Shown: positions 35,670-43,915 of the stretch, in pieces
How the letters are laid out: each line of letters opens with the position of its first letter
Numbering within the stretch: position 1 is the first letter of the stretch
Assembly: GCA_003660925.1 (NCBI GenBank)
Contig: QMVD01000001.1
Coordinates: forward strand, 1-45,075
Origin: Nanobdellota archaeon
GTDB taxonomy: Archaea; Nanobdellota; Nanobdellia; B33-G15
Direction: 5' to 3'
DNA length: 45,075 nt
The notes under the pieces: generated by a model
Told to the model about the DNA's origin: nothing
What the model saw: the letters and a program-made list of their open reading frames with translations, nothing else
Databases searched by the model: none
Program-made: the position numbers and the translations under genes

Positions 35670-36410
35670 TTAAAATGTTTCCAAGAACTCGAGGATTATC
35701 TTCGACAGCTTATCTGCTTTGTTGTGGAAGACATGATTTTCCCCTTCCAAGATTTCCAACCTTTTTGGGGCGTTGATCAAGCGATAGAATTCCTCGCATT
35801 TCTCCACGCTTACCACCCCGTCCCTTCCACCAATTACGAGTAAGGTTGGAACATCCAGATTTTCGGCTTCTTTCAAGAAGTCACACTTCCTCCTCACTTC
35901 AAAATATTTCCTCCTCAATCTCCTCTTTCCTCCCCAAGAATCCGTGAACTCTATGCAACCTCTTTGTTCTAGTTCTTTCATGTCTTCCTCCGTGAAGAGT
36001 TTCTTCGTCAATTTTATCCCTGGCGCTAACAAGACGAGGTGATTGAAATTCTTATACTTCGAATATTCAAGTATCGCGATGTTTCCTCCCATGCTGTGAC
36101 CTATCACACAGACCTTCTCGACTTCGTTCCTCAGGTAATCGATCGCGGACTTCAGATCTTCAACATAATCCAAGTAAGTCCTGTCCTCAAAGGAGCCCTC
36201 ACTCTCCCCATTCCCTGAGAAATCAAACCTCAACGTCAAGAAGTCATTTTCTTCCAAACTCTTGGCCAACTCCGGGATGAAATTCTTGTCCTTGCTCCCC
36301 GTGAAGCCGTGACATATGATTACTCCTTCCTCCCTCTTGGACTTAGGGACGTGCAGTATGCCGACGAGCTTCAAGCCCTCGCTGTTCCTGAAATACACTT
36401 TCTCTTCCAT
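35670..36410 (-). CDS. Alpha/beta hydrolase
   Basis: HGFTG, RFDFSGNGESEG, GHSMGG nucleophile, GRDGVV Asp, ENHVF His. Confidence 0.92.
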   Translation of the reverse strand: MEEKVYFRNSEGLKLVGILHVPKSKREEGVIICHGFTGSKDKNFIPELAKSLEENDFLTLRFDFSGNGESEGSFEDRTYLDYVEDLKSAIDYLRNEVEKVCVIGHSMGGNIAILEYSKYKNFNHLVLLAPGIKLTKKLFTEEDMKELEQRGCIEFTDSWGGKRRLRRKYFEVRRKCDFLKEAENLDVPTLLVIGGRDGVVSVEKCEEFYRLINAPKRLEILEGENHVFHNKADKLSKIILEFLETF

Positions 36411-36434
36411 CGTTATGGATTGAACTCCTCTCCC

Positions 36435-36872
36435 CTAATAAACTTTCTTCACATCTCCCCTTATGATGATGGGTTTCATGGTCATTATTTCCTCGTAGTA
36501 AGGCAGGTCCTTTGAAGGTTCCTTCCAAAGGAAGATCTTTTTACCGAGGTAAAAGGCGATCGCGATTTCCATGAAGGTGTTTCCACCTATGTAACCCTCC
36601 TTCCCTTTCTTATCGAGGTTCAATACGAGTATGGCATCGCTTCTCTCAATTCTCTTGATGTGCTCTTCAATCAGCCTGGCTTTCACTTCCAAAAGCCCCT
36701 CTGTGAGTTCCTTTTTCCTCATTTCATAAAACTCTTCGATCGGGACCGACCTTCCACTTATCTCAACTTCTTTGGGATAGATGAAAACTACATGACCCTC
36801 CTCTTCCAATTTCTTTTTAAGTTCGTAGGACTCCCTCGCGAAAAAAGCCGATGAGCATATGGTGATTTTCAT
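36435..36872 (-). CDS. Nucleoside 2-deoxyribosyltransferase-like protein
   Basis: ITICSS, IERSDAILVLN, YIGGNTFMEIAIAFYLGKKIFL. Confidence 0.75.
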   Translation of the reverse strand: MKITICSSAFFARESYELKKKLEEEGHVVFIYPKEVEISGRSVPIEEFYEMRKKELTEGLLEVKARLIEEHIKRIERSDAILVLNLDKKGKEGYIGGNTFMEIAIAFYLGKKIFLWKEPSKDLPYYEEIMTMKPIIIRGDVKKVY

Positions 36873-36951
36873 CGTGATCAGGTGTGTCCCTCTGTTTAAA
36901 TTGTTTTTCAGAAAAATTTTAAGTATTCTTTTTCATTGTTAAGTAGGAAAA

Positions 36952-37398
36952 ATGAGATATTCGTACCTAAATGAGTGGGCCAGGAAGAAGGGTTTCAGGA
37001 ACTTCGGCCATTACATCTCTTACAGGAGGGGACAGAGGAAAAGACTTGAACCCGATCTGGAGTGGTTGGAGAGGCTCGTGAAAGGAATGGAAAGAAAGGG
37101 GATAGAGGCCGTGCTCGAAGGGACAAATGGAGGGGAGGTGAGTGACTCCACCTGGGAGGGACCATATGTGCGTATCCTCCTGTACTTGAACGACCCGAAG
37201 TACGGTGCTGGTAAGACCCACAAGAAGATAAAGGCCCACTTCGGGAATAGGAGGGTCGCTCATTACTTGAAGACGCTCGAGGGGATGGGTTTGGTGGGTC
37301 ACGTGAACGGGTCGAAGAGGAGGTATTTCCTGACGGAAAAGGGGAAGGAAATAGTCTCTCGTCTCATGAACTTAGGGAAAGTTAAAAGCTTGGGTTGA
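36952..37398 (+). CDS. Winged-helix DNA-binding protein
   Basis: C-terminal HYLKTLEGMGLV...YFLTEKGKEIV wing motif. Confidence 0.7.
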   Translation: MRYSYLNEWARKKGFRNFGHYISYRRGQRKRLEPDLEWLERLVKGMERKGIEAVLEGTNGGEVSDSTWEGPYVRILLYLNDPKYGAGKTHKKIKAHFGNRRVAHYLKTLEGMGLVGHVNGSKRRYFLTEKGKEIVSRLMNLGKVKSLG

Positions 37399-37898
37399 TG
37401 AGGGCATTGATGAAGAAGGAAGTCATCGAAGCTTTGAAGCTGATAGGTCGAAAGCTGAATGACAAAGGGATAAAATGGATGGTGGTCGGGGGGACCTCAT
37501 TGGCCTTACAAGGGGTTGATGTCGAATCCCACGACATCGACATCCTCACCGACAAAAAGGGAGCGTTCAAGATAGCCGAGTTATTGAAGGAATATGAAGT
37601 AGGGCCCGCGAGGTTCAAGCGTTCCAAGCTCTTCAGGTCCTACCTGAGCGAGTTCGAGATCAAAGGGGTGAAGGTGGAGGTCATGGGAGACCTGGAGGCG
37701 AAGATGGGTGGTAAATGGGTGCGCGTGAAAGTAATCCCCCACGAAAGTGTGGAGGTGGAAGGGGTGGAGATCCCCGTCTCCCCTCTCCGAGAACAGTTAA
37801 AGGCCTACGAGATGCTGGGGAGGGAGAAAGATGAGGAAAAGATCAGAAAGATCAGGGAAAAGTTGGAGAAGTGTCCTCACGAATCCTGGCCGGAGTAA
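37398..37898 (+). CDS. Pol-beta superfamily nucleotidyltransferase
   Basis: VVGGTSLALQG...HDIDIL, KVEVMGD. TGATG overlap with the wHTH gene. Confidence 0.82.
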   Translation: MRALMKKEVIEALKLIGRKLNDKGIKWMVVGGTSLALQGVDVESHDIDILTDKKGAFKIAELLKEYEVGPARFKRSKLFRSYLSEFEIKGVKVEVMGDLEAKMGGKWVRVKVIPHESVEVEGVEIPVSPLREQLKAYEMLGREKDEEKIRKIREKLEKCPHESWPE

Positions 37899-38491
37899 GG
37901 AACTCTTCCACAAAAACTCACGTGTCGGTACGAGGGGAGGTGCTCCTTTAACCTCTCGGCGTGTGCCCCTCCTATGATGACCATGTCAGGTTGCTCCTTG
38001 AGGATCTTCTCCAACATGTGGGACTCCCTCTCCCTGTTGCATTCCTCCCACAATTCCATCACTTCTTCCAAGCTTTTTCTCCTCCTCAGGATGTCAAATG
38101 CCTCCTCGCACCTCTTGATGAATAAAATAGCACTGTATAGCATCTCGGGCGGTGAGTATGGATTGACCATCCTCTTCAAATCATTATACTTCACTCTTAA
38201 ATCTTCCTCCCCTATTTTCCCCTCTCTGACGGCCTTCGCCAACTCTATCGCGTGACAGCGGTCCCACGTCTCCGGGTTTTCCAGGAGAATGATCTCTATG
38301 CCATCCTCCTTCAAGTACTGAGCTATTTCTCCGAAGAACAGAGTCATCACGCCACGGGAAGCTCTCTCCCAGTAGTCCTCTGGTAGCTCCAATCCCACAC
38401 TCGAGGGACGATGCTCCTTTATCCAACGGATGACCTCGTCCAGTTCCCCCTCTTCCTTGTGGGCGACACCGATCAGTAACTTCTCCTTCAT
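37877..38491 (-). CDS. TraB/GumN/Tiki-like fold protein
   Basis: LIGVAH, VGLELP, RESHM, IIGGAH metal-ligand pattern. GGTGA SD. Confidence 0.55.
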   Translation of the reverse strand: MKEKLLIGVAHKEEGELDEVIRWIKEHRPSSVGLELPEDYWERASRGVMTLFFGEIAQYLKEDGIEIILLENPETWDRCHAIELAKAVREGKIGEEDLRVKYNDLKRMVNPYSPPEMLYSAILFIKRCEEAFDILRRRKSLEEVMELWEECNRERESHMLEKILKEQPDMVIIGGAHAERLKEHLPSYRHVSFCGRVPYSGQDS

Positions 38492-38706
38492 GTCACCATC
38501 TTTTAGTCATAACCTACTAAAAATGTTTCGGTCAATAAAGGAATATGGGAAAAAGATGGGACTTCTCTTCTTGAAATCATTCCCGTCTCCAAAAGGGTAT
38601 TCTTTCTAAGAAACTGTGATATCGGCCGGACGTATCCGAGATTTGGCCGAGATGTAAACTTATTGTTGGTAATATTTTTAAAATTCCTAGTAGGATTACG
38701 TATAGT

Positions 38707-40296
38707 TTGAGTCCAAAAGAAGTTTATCAATTTAGGGGACTAGGAGCAAGCCCAGGGAAGATTATCGGCAAAGCTAAATTAGTATTTGAGCTTAAAGACT
38801 TAGAAAGAGTCGAAAGAGGAGACATAATTGTTGCCCCTATGACAAACCCGGATATGACAGTTGCATTAGGGAAAGCAAGCGCCGTTATTACTGATGCTGG
38901 AGGCTTAAGTAGTCATGCCGCAATAATCGCAAGGGAATTAAAAATTCCAGCAGTAGTGGGAACTGAGATAGCTACTAAAATTCTTCAGGATGGTATGATT
39001 GTCGAGGTTGACGGGATCAAAGGTGAGGTGAAGATACTTTCTAAAGAAGATGTGGAAATCCCAACATACCTAGAAAAAACAAAAGACACATATACAATCT
39101 TCGGAAATCGCTGCCCCATAACTACTATCAAAACCCCGCGAAAAGAACCTTTTTTCAAAAGGGTTTCGGATATAACATGGGAAAATCCTCCAAATAAAAT
39201 AAATGTCATAGCACCACGTCCGGAGATCAGAAACACGCCCTTCACGGGCTCGCTCATAATTCCTGCAATTGAAAGGCTCCCTTTCGCTTTAGGTTTCGAT
39301 GATGTAGGGCCCATGTACGCCTATGTCATGAATCACCTGCTCTACATATCATATGAAAAGATATCAGAAGTGATGGAAAGAAGTAAATCGATGCTTCTCA
39401 ATGAAAGGAGATGGAAATCTTACTTGAAAAATCTGTATGAAAAATATGATCTCTTCACCAAGGTCACGCGAGAGATTAATGAAGTGGAAGAAGTAAAAGA
39501 CTTCGAACATTTGTTAGAGGGCGCTTTCATAGAGTGGTGGAAGGCCCACAATTCGTTTTTCTCTCAAACTTTTTTAATTCAAGCATGGGGGGACGAAATA
39601 ATTTGGCCGTTGATTAAACAAATTTTAGAGAAATACTACACCCGAGAGCAAGCACTCGAACTTTTATCAAAATTATCCAAATTACCGGAGCCCATACCTT
39701 CTGTGGAATTTTATTCCGACTTCCAAAAGTTAGTTTCCATGATACCAGTCAAAGTGTTGGAGAAACTAATTCATGGCAAAGGGGAGGAGAAAAAGAAGGT
39801 CTTCGAAGACCTCAAAAAGAATGTTCTTTTTACGGAATTCATGAAGAAATGGTACTGGGTAAGGGACAGAGATTTCTATTATGGGGATATAAGAGATGTG
39901 GACATATTCTCTCACTTCGTGAAGTTATTAGGTGAATCAAAACGGATTGAAAACGAACCACCTGAACCTCTAGGTAAAATTGCAGAGAAAATTGGAAAAG
40001 AGGATAAAGAGAGATTGGAATACCTGATAGAGGTGGGGAGGATATTGAAAAAAGAACGGGATTACCATCATTTTCTTTGGCTTAAAAACACTTCAGTTAT
40101 TAGGGATCTCTTCCTAAATTACGGTTCCACTTTAAAGGAAAAAGGTATTTCAGAAGAACCGAGGGATATATTCTTTCTTTGGATACCTGAGATTTATGAC
40201 CTTCTGGAAGGAAAGTTGAGACAGGAAGAGATTAGAGAATTGGTAAAAATCAGGAAGAAAAATTTTATGAGGCAAGTGCAATGGAAGAGCAAATAA
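38707..40296 (+). CDS. PEP-utilizer protein: N-terminal phospho-His swivel domain plus RPH-like helical domain, no ATP-grasp
   Basis: GLGASPG, IVAPMTNPD, TDAGGLSSHAAIIARELKIPAVVG (His at 38914). C-terminal ERDYHH...G..L.EKG....DIFFL..EI. TTG start. Confidence 0.8.
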   Translation: MSPKEVYQFRGLGASPGKIIGKAKLVFELKDLERVERGDIIVAPMTNPDMTVALGKASAVITDAGGLSSHAAIIARELKIPAVVGTEIATKILQDGMIVEVDGIKGEVKILSKEDVEIPTYLEKTKDTYTIFGNRCPITTIKTPRKEPFFKRVSDITWENPPNKINVIAPRPEIRNTPFTGSLIIPAIERLPFALGFDDVGPMYAYVMNHLLYISYEKISEVMERSKSMLLNERRWKSYLKNLYEKYDLFTKVTREINEVEEVKDFEHLLEGAFIEWWKAHNSFFSQTFLIQAWGDEIIWPLIKQILEKYYTREQALELLSKLSKLPEPIPSVEFYSDFQKLVSMIPVKVLEKLIHGKGEEKKKVFEDLKKNVLFTEFMKKWYWVRDRDFYYGDIRDVDIFSHFVKLLGESKRIENEPPEPLGKIAEKIGKEDKERLEYLIEVGRILKKERDYHHFLWLKNTSVIRDLFLNYGSTLKEKGISEEPRDIFFLWIPEIYDLLEGKLRQEEIRELVKIRKKNFMRQVQWKSK

Positions 40297-41354
40297 AGAC
40301 GTGCAAAGAAGTCATGGAAGACGCGCATCCACAAGATGTACTAATCCTATCTCACGCCGACCATGACGGACTCACTTCGGTTTCTTTGATAGATCTAATC
40401 TATTCTGACCTCTATGACTCACTTACCAAGAAATTACACCCCTCGAAAACACGAAGTTACTACAAGATCTTAAACGAAGTTTTGAGACTAAAACCAGCAT
40501 ATTTTCTGATCGTGGACGCATTGGTAAAGCCCTACGAAAGACTCATTGAGAAAATTGCAAAACAAGGAACAAAAGTGATTAATCTGGACCATCATGATAT
40601 GCTTTCTGTCAGTCATGAAAATTATTTGGATCTAAATCCACACAAGTGGAAGATGGAGTTCATGAATTCTTCTGGGCTGTGCTGGTTAATTGCAAGAGAA
40701 TTTAACAGGAATTATTTTGAAAAAAGATGTTGGGTAGCTGGAATAGGGGCAATTCAAGATTATTGTATCGAAGATAACAAAGAATTGATGAAAGAATTGG
40801 CAAAAAGACACTATATTAGGGAAACTACTCTTGCTTCAACTCTTGACTCGAAATTACTTGAAATTGCAAAAGCCATCAATTCTGCGAGCAGATTGTATCC
40901 TGTAAATACAGTTTATCAAATAATTTTTCAAGCAGCAGCCAGAAACGACGTGAAGATGCTGGAAACGAATGAAAAACTCGTTAAAGCTTTGGAGAGTTAC
41001 AGGAAAAAACTGGAAGGCTTATATGATCAAATCAAGAAGAAAGAAATCAGTGTTGGGAGTTTAAAAGTTAAGTTTTATGATCTAAAAGGGAACAACATTT
41101 CATTGATTTCAGAAATTTGTGAAAAGGAAAGAGAAAACGCGATCTATGTTGGTTATAGCAATGGGTTATTAGGTTTTCGTAGTCTTTTTTATGAGTATGA
41201 TGTTAGAGAATTGGCAAAATTGTTTAATGGGGGAGGACCCCACCCAAGAGTTGGAGGTGCTCGAACAGGAAAAACATTTGAGGAGGTAATTAATGAAGTA
41301 GTAAATCATCTCAAAGGAAGAAAATCTCAAAGGACACTCAACGAGTTCAGATAG
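40281..41354 (+). CDS. DHH family phosphoesterase
   Basis: HADHDG, LIVD, NLDHH, C-terminal GGGPHPRVGG. Overlaps the upstream gene. Confidence 0.82.
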   Translation: MEEQIKTCKEVMEDAHPQDVLILSHADHDGLTSVSLIDLIYSDLYDSLTKKLHPSKTRSYYKILNEVLRLKPAYFLIVDALVKPYERLIEKIAKQGTKVINLDHHDMLSVSHENYLDLNPHKWKMEFMNSSGLCWLIAREFNRNYFEKRCWVAGIGAIQDYCIEDNKELMKELAKRHYIRETTLASTLDSKLLEIAKAINSASRLYPVNTVYQIIFQAAARNDVKMLETNEKLVKALESYRKKLEGLYDQIKKKEISVGSLKVKFYDLKGNNISLISEICEKERENAIYVGYSNGLLGFRSLFYEYDVRELAKLFNGGGPHPRVGGARTGKTFEEVINEVVNHLKGRKSQRTLNEFR

Positions 41355-41601
41355 ATTTGTCTTAAGTCAAAATTTAAGTCTTCGAATAAGACTAGGAAAC
41401 TCGTCAGAACTGATTATAGAGTCATCGCAGCAAGGTTAGTTTAAAGAAGCTGAAAAGTAGAAAGAATCTATTTCTTATCTTTTGCCGGGCAGTGGATATG
41501 TTTGAAATACTTGTATAACCGCAAGTACATTCATGACCACTCACATCTTAACTATATCCTAGCAGAGTATTTAATTAAAGGGCGTTTGACGGCGGAGAAA
41601 A

Positions 41602-41674
41602 CGCCCCGGCCGGGATTTGAACCCGGGTCCCAGGCTCGACAGGCCTGGATCCTAGGCCGCTAGACTACCGGGGC
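41602..41674 (-). tRNA. tRNA-Asp(GUC), intronless
   Basis: GCCCCGGTAGTCTAGCGGCCTAGGATCCAGGCCTGTCGAGCCTGGGACCCGGGTTCAAATCCCGGCCGGGGCG, with all four stems pairing. Confidence 0.96.
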
Positions 41675-41748
41675 TCGGTAAAGCATTGAAGTCATCCTTT
41701 TTTAAGGTTTTACGTGCATTTTTTAAGTTAAGGCTCTCCCTTAACCCT

Positions 41749-42132
41749 ATGAGACCAGAAGATTATTTCAAGAACGGAAAGGTCTACGTGTGGAAGGAAA
41801 AGTTCTCCATCGTCAAGTCGAAGAGGCCAATACGAGACGCTTTCGCAGTAATCCGAGACAAGAACGAAATCACGGTCATCGCGGAGGAGTCAAAGATTGA
41901 CCCGGAAGATGTCATAGAAAGGGAAGATGATTGGAGGATCATCACCTTCGACATGGTCCTGCCCTTCGAGTTGGTGGGTTTCTTGGCAAAAGTCTCCCAA
42001 GCTTTAGCTGAAGAGGGAATAAGCATCTTCGCTGTCTCCGCCTATTCCACCGATCACATCCTGGTAAAAGAAGAAGACCTGAAAAAGGCGGTCAAGAAGT
42101 TGGAAGAGCTCGGATGCGTTGTGGAGGAGTAG
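41749..42132 (+). CDS. ACT domain protein (ACT_7/CASTOR-like)
   Basis: DKNEITVI, LPFELVGFLAKVSQALAEEGISIFAVSAYSTDHILVK. Confidence 0.9.
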   Translation: MRPEDYFKNGKVYVWKEKFSIVKSKRPIRDAFAVIRDKNEITVIAEESKIDPEDVIEREDDWRIITFDMVLPFELVGFLAKVSQALAEEGISIFAVSAYSTDHILVKEEDLKKAVKKLEELGCVVEE

Positions 42133-43863
42133 TCAACCGAAGACCAAGAAGGACCACCAAGGCTTCTTTCTATAAAGAACTTTCTCCTCGTCGAATTCTA
42201 TCTCCTCCTCCATCTTCATGGGCAATAATCCCAAAAGCTTGACGGGCCTCGTGATCCTCAACTTTGCCACACTTTCGTTCACTGGGAGGAGGTCCATGAT
42301 GTCGGACTCCGAGACTTCCTCCTTGAGTTCTTCTGGAACGAAGTCCAAGAGGAACTCCTTCCTTGAGATTAATTTTCTGATACCTTCCTCCACCAGACCT
42401 CTTATGAGTTCCCTCCTGACCTCCACATCTTGCAGGAACGTCTCTTCAGAAAGGGCTCTCTCTAGGAGAGTGAGGTTCCCCTTCAAGGTGTTCACCACTT
42501 GGGTCTTAACCTCTGGGAGGGACATGGCCTCTCTCAGATACTCCTCCCATGCCTCCCCTCTTTCTTCCCTCACCCTCTCCACCAGGCTTTCGGGTTCCTC
42601 TTGAGCCAAGTATCTCGCCCTCATCTTCTCCCTGACACAACTTTCGTTCAGGTATGGCTTATATCTCATCCAGTAATAGGTCATGTTCTCCAACACTTCC
42701 TGGAATTGGCTCTCATTGAGGGAGGACGCCTTCCAGAAGGCCTCTCTCCTCCACCTCACCAATTCCCTGAACCTGGAGGCCAAATCCTGAAACGACTCCT
42801 CCATCCCCTCTACTTCCAAGCATTCTATGTAGAGGGGATCGATGTAAACGGGCTTCAAGGACCCGAGCCTCCAAGATTCCTGGAGGGGTAAGAGCAGATA
42901 AGTAGGCACGAAAGGAATGTCTGTTATGTTAAAAGTCGCGCTCACGCTCCTCTCCTCTATCACTTGGATGCACACGTCTGATGTCCTGTTATAGGTGAGT
43001 CTAACCTCATAACACTCAGGACAATCCAATTCCTCTAAGGTGAGGTTGAGCTCATAGCAAGGGTTTGGGAGGGTCACGTTGCACGTGACGTTGATGATGA
43101 TATACCCATCCGCCTTGTCATAATCCCAATAACAAGAGCCCTCGAAGGGGAATCCCTTCCCTTCTGGAGGATGAGCACAGGAGTAACCAATCAAGCATCC
43201 GTCCGCGTCGAACTCTGGTTCCAAGTAACCATCACAACCCTCCGGGTCTGGAATTTCAACTGGAAGGCACTCGTCCTGTCTCGCCACCAACTCGAGGCAC
43301 TTCTCCTCCAACACGCGGAAGGGAATGATCTCTTCCTCCAAGAAAATGGCCATGCACCTATACACTTTGTCGTATTCGCTCTTCAGGGTAAGGAGCCTTC
43401 CTTTCCTCAAGCTTTCATTGCCTAAGAAGTAACATATCCGGGAGATGGCATCCAAGCTCGCGTTCCCGTCGTTGAACTCACTTTCATACAGGAAGCTCTC
43501 GCAATCCTCTTGGGAGAGCTCTATCAAGGGCAAATCCGGATGAGGTGCCCTCACTTCAAGGGTCCACGCCTTCAAGAAAGGAGTTCCTGTCTTGGGAATT
43601 AGTTGCAAAGAGAAGGAGTAAGCCTCTAAAGAAAGGTTGTTCTCCAACGAGATTTCCTCGTCTCCTTGAACGTTTTTTGAATATTGGAGCACTAGTTCTC
43701 CTCCCTTGGAGCGAGCTTCCAGGACGAGGAGGGCCCCTTCCGGAGAGCTCACCTTTATGGATATCTGCTTCCCGAGCGTGACTAGTTCTGGAACTTGAAC
43801 GCTCATGGCAAAAGATGTCGAGACGAGGAAGAGAAAGGACAAGAGGGAGAACCACCTACCCAT
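42133..43863 (-). CDS. Secreted/surface protein with Cys-rich modules
   Basis: Signal peptide, DADGCLIGYSC, PNPCY...CIQVI, several NxT/S sites, C-terminal KLLGLLP...KKPWWSFL. Confidence 0.75.
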   Translation of the reverse strand: MGRWFSLLSFLFLVSTSFAMSVQVPELVTLGKQISIKVSSPEGALLVLEARSKGGELVLQYSKNVQGDEEISLENNLSLEAYSFSLQLIPKTGTPFLKAWTLEVRAPHPDLPLIELSQEDCESFLYESEFNDGNASLDAISRICYFLGNESLRKGRLLTLKSEYDKVYRCMAIFLEEEIIPFRVLEEKCLELVARQDECLPVEIPDPEGCDGYLEPEFDADGCLIGYSCAHPPEGKGFPFEGSCYWDYDKADGYIIINVTCNVTLPNPCYELNLTLEELDCPECYEVRLTYNRTSDVCIQVIEERSVSATFNITDIPFVPTYLLLPLQESWRLGSLKPVYIDPLYIECLEVEGMEESFQDLASRFRELVRWRREAFWKASSLNESQFQEVLENMTYYWMRYKPYLNESCVREKMRARYLAQEEPESLVERVREERGEAWEEYLREAMSLPEVKTQVVNTLKGNLTLLERALSEETFLQDVEVRRELIRGLVEEGIRKLISRKEFLLDFVPEELKEEVSESDIMDLLPVNESVAKLRITRPVKLLGLLPMKMEEEIEFDEEKVLYRKKPWWSFLVFG

Positions 43864-43915
43864 GTTCTATCAGCTCGGCCACAATTAATAAATTTGTCTA
43901 TCCTCCCTTGAACTT

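Larger units (their letters stand above)
38500..41600. other. AT-rich island abutting the 3' end of tRNA-Asp
   Basis: Visible compositional shift and position next to a tRNA 3' end. No integrase or att duplicate recognised. Confidence 0.5.

Noticed and set aside
38503-38730. 75-aa minus-strand ORF
   Set aside because: No motif or SD, atypical composition, and it overlaps the PEP-utilizer start.
32995-41408. Shared AAACTCGTCA word near both tRNAs (about 32998 and 41397)
   Set aside because: Exact 10-mer matches are expected many times by chance in 45 kb.
41462-41663. Plus-strand frame running through antisense tRNA-Asp as a possible SSV-type integrase fragment
   Set aside because: No start codon, no tyrosine-recombinase motifs and no matching att repeat found.
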